Below are positions 54,568 through 64,000 of a DNA stretch of 64,000 bases, piece after piece; the stretch's first letter is position 1, and every line of letters starts with the position of its first letter. Source of the stretch: Pseudomonadota bacterium (GTDB lineage: Bacteria > Pseudomonadota > Alphaproteobacteria > Micropepsales > Micropepsaceae); assembly GCA_021804785.1 (NCBI GenBank), contig JAJZGY010000003.1, positions 57,166-121,165 on the forward strand. The letters are read 5' to 3'. The translations under genes and the position numbers were made by a program. Under the pieces are notes generated by a model that worked only from the letters and a program-made list of their open reading frames with translations, was not told the origin of the DNA and searched no databases.

Positions 54568-55536
54568 TCAATGGGCCAGATGGGTATTCGTGATCTCAGC
54601 CTTTTCATCGTTGATGCGCAGCGCGTTGAGCACAACAATCATGGCGGCTAAGCTCGTAAGCGTTCCTGGCAACCAGATGATGAGGCCACCATAGTGCTGA
54701 TCGGTTAATGCAGTTATATCCATAATGCGCCCACAAATCGAGTAGACTGGATAGTAATCTGTCGCCGAGAGCGACAAGATCGCGCCAAGCACCATCTGCG
54801 GCAGTTCGATTGCTACTATCAGCATCGCGCGCACAAAGCTCGAAACCCTGGCTGGTGGATTAGGTCGTGGATCGAGAATGAGGCACCAGAAGAATATCCC
54901 GTTGATTGCCATCGACCAGTTCATGATATTGTAGAGATCGATGTCCAGCATCACCCAGGTTTGAATTTGGGGTATGAGCCAGAAATAGAGCATACCCACG
55001 AAAAGGAGTGGTGCGACTACCGGATGCTGCAACACGTCGATCGTCCGTTTCGTGGGCCTGGCATCGATGATTTGAAGCAGAAATTGTGGCATTCCGGCGC
55101 GCATCGTAGGCCCCGCTGTACCCATAGCGATGAGAAAGCCTCCCGCGTGATGTAACACGAATTGCGCCCACCGATGCACGAAGAACATGTGCTGCGCTAA
55201 GTAGTCGATATGGGTTTGTAAAACGGTATAGTCGCCGAGAACGCCAACAACGAAGCAGGCATTGCGCCAATGCGCTGCCCTATCAGTGGGCGCAAGCCTC
55301 AAGTACCCGACGGTGAACCAGCCGAGGGACAACGTGGCCACAAGGTAGGTTGGCCAAGAAAACTGCCAAGGCATCCAAAAAGGGAGATCGGCCGGAAAGT
55401 AGCGGCAGAGCACATCCAGAAGGACGCCGAACATAAGGACGACACCGTAGCCAAGCCAAGGGCGATAGTCCGTCCGCTTCAAAACAGAAAGCGCGCTAAA
55501 GTGCGTGTCGTATAGACCCATAGTAAAATGCTTCAT
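54568..55536 (-). CDS. Cytochrome c oxidase assembly protein, caa3-type CtaG family
   Basis: Polytopic membrane protein with DYLAQHMFFVHRWAQFVLHH, QHPVVAPLLF, DQHYGGLIIWLPG. Confidence 0.8.
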   Translation of the reverse strand: MKHFTMGLYDTHFSALSVLKRTDYRPWLGYGVVLMFGVLLDVLCRYFPADLPFWMPWQFSWPTYLVATLSLGWFTVGYLRLAPTDRAAHWRNACFVVGVLGDYTVLQTHIDYLAQHMFFVHRWAQFVLHHAGGFLIAMGTAGPTMRAGMPQFLLQIIDARPTKRTIDVLQHPVVAPLLFVGMLYFWLIPQIQTWVMLDIDLYNIMNWSMAINGIFFWCLILDPRPNPPARVSSFVRAMLIVAIELPQMVLGAILSLSATDYYPVYSICGRIMDITALTDQHYGGLIIWLPGTLTSLAAMIVVLNALRINDEKAEITNTHLAH

Positions 55537-55739
55537 ACTGGTTCGTCGTCATCCTAACGGAACTATGAGCGGCGACAATACGGTAAGGTGGACATTCGCC
55601 AATGCGGCGTGACAATACAGCCACCTCATGGGATGCGGCTCTATCGGTGCGGAAGCCGTGCCGAACTGCATTTATAAATCAAAGGTGCACTTAGCGCCCG
55701 CACCATCCCAACTATGACCGCTATTCCATAGTAATACTG

Positions 55740-56168
55740 GGTTCTGGCCCTAGATCGGCAGCTGTGGATGGCGGCGGTCGAGTATCGCTTAGCAATCCGG
55801 AGTGCTCATCTTCCGGACCACTTGGCCAATAAATCCCGCTCCACCATCAGCTGGCCGACATTGGCGTGGGTTTTCTCGACTCCCGCTTATGTGGGGCTTC
55901 GCCCTCTTTACCCGCCCCGGCGTCAAAGGCCTGCGTTGCCTGCTTCCGCAACTGCTTCTCCCTGGCGTAAATCTGCGTGGAATGAACTTCATAGCGCTGG
56001 GCAGGGTCCGTCACGCTCTCCTGCTCTCGCAGTGCGTTCAAGGCGATCTTCGCCCTCAGCCCCGTGTCAATATTCCGTCTCGTCTTCTTCGTCTTTGTCC
56101 GCTCCGCTTACCAACGGAACAACCGGTTTTCCAATCATTCTCATGGTCCCAATTAGGGGCCCACTTCA
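55740..56168 (-). mobile_element. IS3-family insertion sequence remnant (left end, orfA and start of orfB)
   Basis: Putative IRL TGAAGTGGGCCCCTAATTGGGACC at 56168; TKKTRRNIDTGLRAKIALNALREQ..LAQRYEVH-like orfA; GQ..RKMSTPD junction; truncated near 55740. Confidence 0.8.
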
Positions 56169-56335
56169 ACGACCACTGCGAAAATTAAGACAATAACGGA
56201 GCATTGTGACCAGCTTAACAAGTATAGCGGTCGCGCATTCTTTCACGCTTATGAATTAGACGACTGCCGCTTTGACACATTTTGCGTCAAAGCGGCAGCA
56301 CCCAGCCTGATTACTCTCTACGTACGCCTATGCTA

Positions 56336-58774
56336 CTAAAAAGCGATTTTCATAGTCGCGTAAACGGCGCGTGGAGCTCCTGGGTAAACAATCGGGTAGC
56401 CCCCGGTAGCTGTTCCATATAGTCCGCCTGCCGAGATGTATTCAAATTGGTTGTACTTATCATCTAGGACATTCATGAGTTCAACCTTAAATGTAATGCG
56501 CTTTGCCGCATCTGCATACCACGACGAAGGCATGGTAACCGCCAGTGCAAGATTCAGAACGCCATGCGAGCCGAGTTTTTGATTGGTCGGCATGCCCGCG
56601 TTGTTGTCGAATATGTATTGTGAACCGACATACTGATACCAAGCTCGTGGCTTGATGATGAAGCCATTTACCACGTGCGTCCAATACGTGCCGATATTGA
56701 ATGTCGTACTTGGAGTATCCGAGACGGGGAGGCCATGCGCTGTTACGCCCCCGAATTCATAGTTGTTAAATTTTGCCGTTTGCAAATTGAGGTTGGAAAA
56801 CATCTTAAGCCGTCCGAGGTTGGCTTCGGCCGACAGGTTTATACCGTGATAGATTGAGTCGCCTTGGGCTAATCCCTTGAAAACACCATTGGCTAGGGTT
56901 ACGCCAATGAACTGGTTGCTGAAGTGCAGATGATAATAGTTAGCATTGAGCAGAACCTTGGTGAACATTCCAATTCTCGGCCAGAATAATTTGGCACCGA
57001 GTTGATATTCCTTACCCTTCTCAAGAATGTTGCCCAGTGCTGGCGTACTCTGATAGAGGCCGCCGCCGCCGCCAACCGGCGGCAGGCGATAGGACGTAGC
57101 CCAGTTTCCATATAGGGCCAGAAAGTTTGTCGGTTGCCAGCGTGCGCTGACAGAGGGTTCGGCTTTGGTGAAATCCGTTTGAGTGGCTGGAAGCTGGCCT
57201 TGATCATGTCCGGAAAATACACCCGCTGCATCCAGAGCATTGGCTTCAGCAAAGTAGGTGTTTCCGTATGGATAATAGTCCGTATGGAAATTCACCAAGC
57301 GGACGCCTGGAATAATTGTCACACTAGAAATCGGTGTAATGGAGTCCTGAACAAAGAGCGCCAGATCGTTCACGTGCCAAACGTCGCTTCGATGGTTCGC
57401 GTTCGGAACGGAAACGGAGCCACAGACGGTAGTTCCGGCAGGGATAACGGTACCGTAGCCGTAGGTAACTGAGGTGGATGTTACACCGCATACACCAGGA
57501 TTATAGAATGAATTGCGCGAGTTATAGACGGTGTTGATGAAGTAGCCACCCAAGCCGATTTTATTATAGGGGAGATCAATGTCACCCCAAAGCTTATCTC
57601 CATACATGTACGAAAATGGATTGTTATGCTCGTACAGGTTCCCGGCGCCCGGCGTGCCCAGTCCAAAATTATTGTAATGGTAATGTAGGCGATCGCCACG
57701 GCGGAACCACAGCTGATTGTGCAGCGTCAAAACCGAATCGAGTTTGATGTTCTGTCGTGCCCAGAGCATCCAGGTCCGGTTGGAGTCCTTTTTTGCCCAG
57801 ATCTTCTCGTTTACCGTGCTGTAGAAGCCTGTGGTCTGTTGGCTCAGGAGGGGACCAGATGCACCGATTCCGTTAACGCTCAGGCCCGGTACTGGCGTAA
57901 TTGGAAGGGGCACCGGCCTCCATCCTTCGCCTTGTCCTGTGTAGGCACCAAAGCTTACATCACCGTTGTGGAATACCTTTCGGGTCTTAAAGTAAGCGGC
58001 ATAATTTTGCGTCGGCCAACGGTATCCATCCGGGGAAGTACGAAAGTTATCGGCACTACCAACGCCACCTGCAATTACTGTCTCCCAACCATCGAGTCTG
58101 CCGGTTTGAAGGGTGACATCGTAGTTCTGAGTGTTGAAGCTGCCGTAGGTCAGCTGCACCGAGCCTCCTGGCGTAGCTGAGGGCTGAATTGGTACAAAGT
58201 TGATGGCACCACCAATGTTATTGTACCAGCGGCGCTCCGGGTTGCCTGGACCATATGTAACTCTGGCTCCCTGAAGCAGAGCCGTTTGCGGTATCTGCGG
58301 AGTTTCCCACAATCCGGTTGCGGCGTTAACCATTGGAATGCCGTCAAAGCTGATGGCAATACTTCCGTTATCGACGGTACCCGGTGACAGGCCTGCCCAG
58401 CCCTGGCTGATGCCATTGATACTGATGCTGGCCTTGGTGCCACCCGTCTGTCCATAGCCGGAGACACTGATTCCTGGCGCGAAGGAAAGCGCCTGCGCCG
58501 CACCACCTATAACGCCCGCCGACTTTAGCTGTTGGCGATCCAACGCCTTGTCTCCATAGGACGAGAGGAAGATCGACTTCTGCTTTAGGCTTCCTAGCTG
58601 CTGAGCTTTACCCGTGACAACGACTGCTTCGATCTGATCTGCGGAATAAAACTGGGGAGCGGCACTTTGAGCGCTCGCGGGAACAGTGACGGCAACAGAA
58701 GATGCCAAGATTGATGTCAAAACAAGCAATCCGCGCGCATCCGCACGGCTGCGAGTTAAATCAGCTTTGTACAT
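56336..58774 (-). CDS. TonB-dependent outer-membrane receptor, intact
   Basis: Signal peptide, TonB-box-like EAVVVTG, plug (FDGIPM..GAINF), beta-strand pattern, terminal Phe (MKIAF). Confidence 0.92.
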   Translation of the reverse strand: MYKADLTRSRADARGLLVLTSILASSVAVTVPASAQSAAPQFYSADQIEAVVVTGKAQQLGSLKQKSIFLSSYGDKALDRQQLKSAGVIGGAAQALSFAPGISVSGYGQTGGTKASISINGISQGWAGLSPGTVDNGSIAISFDGIPMVNAATGLWETPQIPQTALLQGARVTYGPGNPERRWYNNIGGAINFVPIQPSATPGGSVQLTYGSFNTQNYDVTLQTGRLDGWETVIAGGVGSADNFRTSPDGYRWPTQNYAAYFKTRKVFHNGDVSFGAYTGQGEGWRPVPLPITPVPGLSVNGIGASGPLLSQQTTGFYSTVNEKIWAKKDSNRTWMLWARQNIKLDSVLTLHNQLWFRRGDRLHYHYNNFGLGTPGAGNLYEHNNPFSYMYGDKLWGDIDLPYNKIGLGGYFINTVYNSRNSFYNPGVCGVTSTSVTYGYGTVIPAGTTVCGSVSVPNANHRSDVWHVNDLALFVQDSITPISSVTIIPGVRLVNFHTDYYPYGNTYFAEANALDAAGVFSGHDQGQLPATQTDFTKAEPSVSARWQPTNFLALYGNWATSYRLPPVGGGGGLYQSTPALGNILEKGKEYQLGAKLFWPRIGMFTKVLLNANYYHLHFSNQFIGVTLANGVFKGLAQGDSIYHGINLSAEANLGRLKMFSNLNLQTAKFNNYEFGGVTAHGLPVSDTPSTTFNIGTYWTHVVNGFIIKPRAWYQYVGSQYIFDNNAGMPTNQKLGSHGVLNLALAVTMPSSWYADAAKRITFKVELMNVLDDKYNQFEYISAGGLYGTATGGYPIVYPGAPRAVYATMKIAF

Positions 58775-59359
58775 ATATGAGCCCCACTAAAAAGACATAC
58801 GGCGGCGGATGAGTTGCAGCGCGTAGTGCGTGTCTCTCCCCCCTTGGGACCCTAGTAGGATGAAAACATCACACTTTTATGTCCAAGAAGATGAATGAAA
58901 AACTGTAATATCGTCACAAAACTGTATTTTTCTACGATGAACCGACTCCAAATTTGCAAACAGACAAAGTTAAAATGCATGCCGCAGTAGAGCGAAAGGG
59001 AATGTCCTCTGTGCAGTATGTCAACATAACCAGCAGAAAATGACATGCTGGAATCCGCAAAGCAAAACTTCCATCTTGATTATTGTAGTTCACTGAACGC
59101 GAGCGACAAATCTCTCATGCTTAAATTGGAATCGGGTATGCAGGTCGTCACATCATCATGGTGCGTTGCTGTGCACTCATGGCGTTTTCCGCATCGATCC
59201 AGTGCTTTGGGTTGAACGGGTAAGGTAAACAGCTAAATCGCGAAGAGGCCGACAGCAAAGTCCGAGGAAAGTGGTTCAAATCCTGAGCTAAAAAGTTCCA
59301 ACAAGATCTAAGATCTTGCGGGGCACATCAAATGATGAGTGCTTTTGTTCACCGGAAAT

Positions 59360-59373
59360 TTGATCACAATCAA
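59360..59373 (+). promoter_or_regulatory. FNR/FixK-type box
   Basis: Perfect TTGAT-CACA-ATCAA upstream of the peroxidase gene; GACAAT at 59395-59400 fits a class II promoter -10. Confidence 0.75.
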
Positions 59374-59566
59374 TGCGGTCTGACGACAAATTCTGACAAT
59401 ACGTTCGCTTATACGCTGTGGACTTATACGTTCAACGCAATCTCTAGGTGCACTTAATCCAATAACTCAAGCGAAAATGACCGGTCTTTGATGTGTTGTA
59501 GTGACTTCTTTACATCCCATACAACGTGGAGAAGCGCTAAAAACATTCTCCAAGGAAGAGTGGTCC

Positions 59567-60649
59567 ATGTTCGTTGGAAAACGCAATATACGCAGGCTCA
59601 TCGCATGCGCTTTACTTGGCAGTAGCATTCTAACTGTACCGCTCGGAGCTTCGCTTGCCGCCTCAAATGGTGCGCAAAAAGATCTTTTGAACCGCGCCCA
59701 AGCTTTGTTTCGGCCAATACCTCAAAAGCCGCCGTCTCTCCCTGGAAATATGTCTACCCCGCAAAAGGTGACATTGGGAAGAATGCTTTTTTTTGACCCA
59801 CGCCTGTCCGCGAGCCACGTTATCAGCTGTAACTCCTGTCATAATATTGGTCTTGGAGGAACGGACGCCGAGCCTACATCGGTTGGACATCGATGGCAGC
59901 ATGGTCTGCGCAATGCTCCCACGGTCTTCAATGCGGTATTTGACAAGGCACAGTTCTGGGATGGACGAGCAAAAGACCTAGAGCAGCAGGCGGGTGGGCC
60001 AATTGTTAATCCTGTCGAGATGGCATCGCCAGCTGCCCATGTTGCAGAGGAGTTAAGGGCCATCCCTGGATACCAATCCTATTTTGCAGCGGCATTTCCC
60101 GGAGAAAGAAGTCCAATTACTTTTGCTAACGTACGGAAGGCGATCGCGGTATTCGAGGCGACACTGATAACCCCCAATGCGCCGTTCGACCTATTTCTGA
60201 GAGGACATAGAAACGCACTTACTAAAGATCAAAGGGAAGGCTTAGCCCTCTTTATGGACAAGGGATGTTCCGGTTGCCATAGCGGAATCAACATTGGGGG
60301 CGAGATGTATGCGCCTTTCGGACTCGTGACGAAGCCCAATGCCAGGTTGCTCCCCCCGGGAGACAAGGGGAGGTACGCTATAACTAAGCTTGCCAGTGAC
60401 CAATATGCGTTTAAGGTTCCATCGCTGCGAAATGTCGAGTTAACGGCACCTTATTTTCACAGCGGCCAAATTTGGGACCTAAATGAAGCTGTAACAGTCA
60501 TGGGTACTACCCAACTCGGTGTAAAGCTTAACGCAGCTGAGGTAGGAAAAATCGTGTCATTTCTTGGGAGTTTAACTGGCGATCAGCCTCGCATTGTCTA
60601 TCCAATTTTGCCACCAAGCGTCGGATTCACACCGCAACCACAGCCATAA
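59567..60649 (+). CDS. Di-heme cytochrome c peroxidase (CcpA/MauG family)
   Basis: Signal peptide, two CxxCH motifs (CNSCH, CSGCH), RNAPTVFNA, QFWDGRA, FKVPSLRNV..TAPYFH; AAGGAAG RBS before ATG 59567. Confidence 0.95.
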   Translation: MFVGKRNIRRLIACALLGSSILTVPLGASLAASNGAQKDLLNRAQALFRPIPQKPPSLPGNMSTPQKVTLGRMLFFDPRLSASHVISCNSCHNIGLGGTDAEPTSVGHRWQHGLRNAPTVFNAVFDKAQFWDGRAKDLEQQAGGPIVNPVEMASPAAHVAEELRAIPGYQSYFAAAFPGERSPITFANVRKAIAVFEATLITPNAPFDLFLRGHRNALTKDQREGLALFMDKGCSGCHSGINIGGEMYAPFGLVTKPNARLLPPGDKGRYAITKLASDQYAFKVPSLRNVELTAPYFHSGQIWDLNEAVTVMGTTQLGVKLNAAEVGKIVSFLGSLTGDQPRIVYPILPPSVGFTPQPQP

Positions 60650-60757
60650 AATGCGGCGGCGAGAAATGTAAGCGAACCTATAAGTTCTTCTCGGTTAGGG
60701 CTATTTACTTGGCCTATGGTAACCGGTCCATGAATTCGCTTTTCCCCGCTCGGGACA

Positions 60758-63700
60758 TCACACTTTTATAGTGTCGGCAGTCGGTGAGTGGTTACCTTTG
60801 CGAAGGTTCCTCGCGATAAGTAAATACACTGCCGGCAGCACAAACAGGGTAAACATTGTTCCAACGGTAAGTCCAGTTGAAATTACCAAACCCATTGCGA
60901 AGCGGGAATTAGCTCCCGCGCCGGTCGCGATTAATAGCGGAAAAACGCCCAGAACCATCGCAGCTGTTGTCATCAAAATAGGTCGTAAGCGAATTCTGCA
61001 TGCCTCCTCAATAGCGCTTCGCTTGCTACTGCCAGTCCGCTGCAATGAATTGGCGACCTCGACAATTAAAATTCCATGCTTGCTTATCAGTCCCATGAGA
61101 GTAACCAAGCCAACTTCGGTGTAAATATTGAGGCTTCCGCTTGGGATCATATCCACGAAGAAGAGAGCTCCGGCTATCGACATGGGTACCGAAACCAGAA
61201 TGATAAGAGGATCACGAAAGCTTTCAAAAAGAGCAGCAAGTGCCAAAAATATTATGATCAATGCAAAGGTGAATGTAATGAAAAAGCCGGTTGATTCCTG
61301 TCTCAATTGTCTAAGCTGACCAGCGTAATCCACCACATATCCCGCTGGAAGAGTTTTTCTCGCGAGCCGGTTTAAAAAGGACATTGCACCACCTAAGGAA
61401 ACGCCCGGTGCAACTACACCTTCTATAGTTGCGGAGTTTAACTGCTGGAAATGATTTATGGACTCCGGCTGCGTTTTGGTTACAAGGTGGCCTATTGTTG
61501 AAAGAGAGACCTCTTGGCCGGTTGCTGTGCGGAGGTAGTAATTGAGAATTTGCGAAGGGTTATGGCGGAAGTTTTGCTGAACCTGAGGAATTACTTTATA
61601 CGAGCGTCCATAGAGATCGAAGTAATTCACATAGCCTCCGCCAAGCATTGCGCTTAATGAACTTCCGACCTCGTTCATGTTGAGTCCAAGTAGTGCGGCC
61701 TTGTCACGATTTAAAACAACTGTTGTTTGAGGTTGGTCTATTCGAAGATCCGACTTCAAAATAATGAATTTTCCACTGGCGCGTGCTCGGACCAAAAATG
61801 CACTTGCAACAGCGTTTAGATCGGAAAAACTGTTAGTCGTTTTTATAACAAATTGAACTGGCAGACCTATGCTTCCCGGCAATGGCGGTGGCTGGAACAC
61901 AATAATCTGTTGACCAGAAATCTCATTAACTGCTTGTTGGAACAGGGGAAGCAGGGTCTTTGTAGTGCGTGATCGTTGGCTCCATGGTTTAAGTACTGCT
62001 CCGGTTACATCCTGATTACCGTTCTCAAATTGAAATGTATGCCCGGTTTCTAAGAAGTGCGACAGCGTCTGGTCAGTTTGATGATCATAGAAGAGTCGTT
62101 GTTGAAGGGTTGAATCCGGAGCAGATGTCGCAAAGCTCAAAATGATTCCTTGATCCTCCTGCGGCGCTAACTGATGTCTTGCCTGGCTGTAGAATATGTA
62201 TATCGACGCTAGAACCATTGCTCCAAACAAAATGGTAACAGGTAAATAGTCCAGGTTTCTCTTCAGAGCGTTGGCATACCAGTTACTGGCAGACTCGAAA
62301 AAATGATTCAGGAGCAGACCGATCTTGTTGTTCCTGCGTGCTGGAGCCGTATTGCTCCGCTTCAAAAGACGTGATGCCATCATAGGAGACAGCGTGAGAG
62401 CAATGATGGCGGATACAGACACCGCGGAAGCAAGCGTGAACGCGAACTCCGTAAATAGCGCTCCGGTTAGTCCTCCCTGAAATCCAATCGGTACATAAAC
62501 AGCAATTAGAACTACTGTCATAGCGATGATCGGGCCGCCTAATTCACGCGCAGCCTGGACGGCGGCAGGGAGTGCGTCCATCCCCTGTTCCATAATCCTG
62601 ATTACGTTTTCAACGATAATGATGGCATCATCTACGACCAAGCCAATTGCAAGTACGAGTGCCAAAAGGGTGAGCAAATTTATTGAAAAGCCAAAAGTCA
62701 GCATGACGGCAAATGTGCCTACGAGCGATAATGGAATCGCCACGATGGGAATCAAAACTGAGCGGGGTGACCGCAGAAATAGAAAGACGACGAAGGATAC
62801 AATGAGAAGCGCTTCAATTAGCGTCTGAATGACCTCGTGAATGGATGTTGATACAAACTGCGTTGCATCATACACAATCTTTGCATGTAAGCCTTGTGGT
62901 AACTGACTTTGAATCGAGGGAAATGCTCGGCGAACGCGGCGAATTACATCGAGAAGGTTTGCGTTTGGTGCGGGCTTAATGCCAATGAACTGTGCGCGAT
63001 TGCCGTCGAAGCTTGCCTGAGAATTGTAATCCGTATCTCCTAGAGACACCGTGGCGACATCCTTTAGGCGCACCAACGCTGCTCCGGAGTTGCGGATAAT
63101 GAGGTTTCGGAAAGAAGCCAGGGAATGCAAATCGGTGGACGCATTGAGACCTATTTGGATCATTGCGCTTTTCGTGTGCCCTATTCCTGCAACAAAGTTA
63201 TTCGCAGCAAGCGCGCGAGCCACGTCAGCCGCAGTGAGATCGTAGGCTGCAAGCTTATTTGGATTTAACCATGCCCGAATAGCAAAGTACTTTCCCCCTA
63301 CAATTTCGGCGGTCTGCAGTCCAGGAATGGCTTGAAGCTTGGGTTGTATAAGGCGCTGAAGATAGTCGGTAATTTGGTTCGCATGTAGCAGCTTGCTGGA
63401 GAATCCTATATACATTGCGTCTATAGTTTCTCCGGCTCCAATGGTGACCTGCGGATGTTGAGTTCCCGGTGGGAGTTGGTTCATTACCGACGAAAGTTTC
63501 GAATTTATCTCTGTCAGCGCTTTGTCCGGGGAGTAGTTAAGGCGCAGAAACACCGTAATAGTACTTCTGCTGGGTTCACTTGCTGACGACATGTAGTCGA
63601 TGCCATTTACCTGTGATACGGCAGCTTCAATTGGCGTCGTGATAAACCCAGCTACGATTCTTGGCGCTGCTCCGTAGTAGATGGTTTGTATTTTGATGAT

Positions 63701-63829
63701 TGCACTTTTTGTCTTCGGATACTGTAATATTGGAAGTGATGAGATGGCCCTTAAACCCAAAATGAGTATTAGAAAGCTTATAACGGTTGCCAAGACCGGA
63801 CGGCGAATGAAAATGTCGGTGAAGTGCAT
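60758..63829 (-). CDS. RND efflux permease (AcrB/AcrD/AcrF family)
   Basis: FIRRPVLA N-terminus; proton-relay motifs VVDDAII, SKHGILIVE, RLRPILMT all intact. Confidence 0.96.
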   Translation of the reverse strand: MHFTDIFIRRPVLATVISFLILILGLRAISSLPILQYPKTKSAIIKIQTIYYGAAPRIVAGFITTPIEAAVSQVNGIDYMSSASEPSRSTITVFLRLNYSPDKALTEINSKLSSVMNQLPPGTQHPQVTIGAGETIDAMYIGFSSKLLHANQITDYLQRLIQPKLQAIPGLQTAEIVGGKYFAIRAWLNPNKLAAYDLTAADVARALAANNFVAGIGHTKSAMIQIGLNASTDLHSLASFRNLIIRNSGAALVRLKDVATVSLGDTDYNSQASFDGNRAQFIGIKPAPNANLLDVIRRVRRAFPSIQSQLPQGLHAKIVYDATQFVSTSIHEVIQTLIEALLIVSFVVFLFLRSPRSVLIPIVAIPLSLVGTFAVMLTFGFSINLLTLLALVLAIGLVVDDAIIIVENVIRIMEQGMDALPAAVQAARELGGPIIAMTVVLIAVYVPIGFQGGLTGALFTEFAFTLASAVSVSAIIALTLSPMMASRLLKRSNTAPARRNNKIGLLLNHFFESASNWYANALKRNLDYLPVTILFGAMVLASIYIFYSQARHQLAPQEDQGIILSFATSAPDSTLQQRLFYDHQTDQTLSHFLETGHTFQFENGNQDVTGAVLKPWSQRSRTTKTLLPLFQQAVNEISGQQIIVFQPPPLPGSIGLPVQFVIKTTNSFSDLNAVASAFLVRARASGKFIILKSDLRIDQPQTTVVLNRDKAALLGLNMNEVGSSLSAMLGGGYVNYFDLYGRSYKVIPQVQQNFRHNPSQILNYYLRTATGQEVSLSTIGHLVTKTQPESINHFQQLNSATIEGVVAPGVSLGGAMSFLNRLARKTLPAGYVVDYAGQLRQLRQESTGFFITFTFALIIIFLALAALFESFRDPLIILVSVPMSIAGALFFVDMIPSGSLNIYTEVGLVTLMGLISKHGILIVEVANSLQRTGSSKRSAIEEACRIRLRPILMTTAAMVLGVFPLLIATGAGANSRFAMGLVISTGLTVGTMFTLFVLPAVYLLIARNLRKGNHSPTADTIKV

Positions 63830-63839
63830 ATCGCGTATC

Positions 63840-63998
63840 TCACTCGTCGCCTGATCTGCTGAAAGAGTCTGTGTTAAGCGTAGTTTTGTTATTGATGGTA
63901 ACGCGCGTTCCGTTGTGCAGCTTGAGTTGCCCTGCGGTTATCACTTGTTGTCCGGGATAAACGCCGGACAATATTGCTACCTGATTTCCATGCCTTCG
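63840..63998 (-). CDS. RND periplasmic adaptor (MFP), C-terminal end only
   Basis: RRHGNQVAILSGVYPGQQVITAGQLKLHNGTRV...; stop 11 nt before the permease start; continues beyond the window. Confidence 0.85.
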   Translation of the reverse strand, partial: RRHGNQVAILSGVYPGQQVITAGQLKLHNGTRVTINNKTTLNTDSFSRSGDE

Positions 63999-64000
63999 TC

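Noticed and set aside
59222-59266. GGTAAAC...GACAGCAAAG as a c-di-GMP-I riboswitch
   Set aside because: P2 stem, GNRA loop/receptor and P1 cannot be formed properly.

Overview
Chromosomal segment of an alphaproteobacterium, judged from gene order (parC, rlmB-tRNA-Tyr-tRNA-Gly, tRNA-Trp-secE-nusG, no rpsD or rpmJ in the alpha operon, lipB next to a FliN-like gene); the lineage cannot be fixed without a search. About 35 kb (9.0-42.9 kb) is the intact core transcription/translation supercluster: secE-nusG-rplKAJL-rpoBC, then str, S10, spc and alpha operons. An Ada-AlkA/Ogt/MAPEG block interrupts it between rpoC and rpsL. There are four tRNAs (Tyr, Gly, Trp, Leu), no rRNA and no CRISPR array. Accessory DNA is concentrated in three places: (i) a decayed tricorn-type S41 protease in the slot between tRNA-Gly and tRNA-Trp where many alphaproteobacteria carry a second tuf; (ii) a decayed TonB-dependent receptor after pccA; (iii) a lower-GC island-like region after tRNA-Leu with higBA and IS3 relics, a CtaG-type protein, an intact TonB receptor, an FNR-box-preceded di-heme peroxidase and an RND pump running off the window. 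The best novelty candidate is an ORF-less ~590-nt stretch between rarA and pccA (45843-46430). By hand folding it is paired almost end to end, with G-U pairs that work only on the + strand. It has partial group II intron-like motifs but no canonical domain V/VI and no reverse transcriptase, so it may be a large structured ncRNA. All folds and family calls are by eye and recall; no database search was run.
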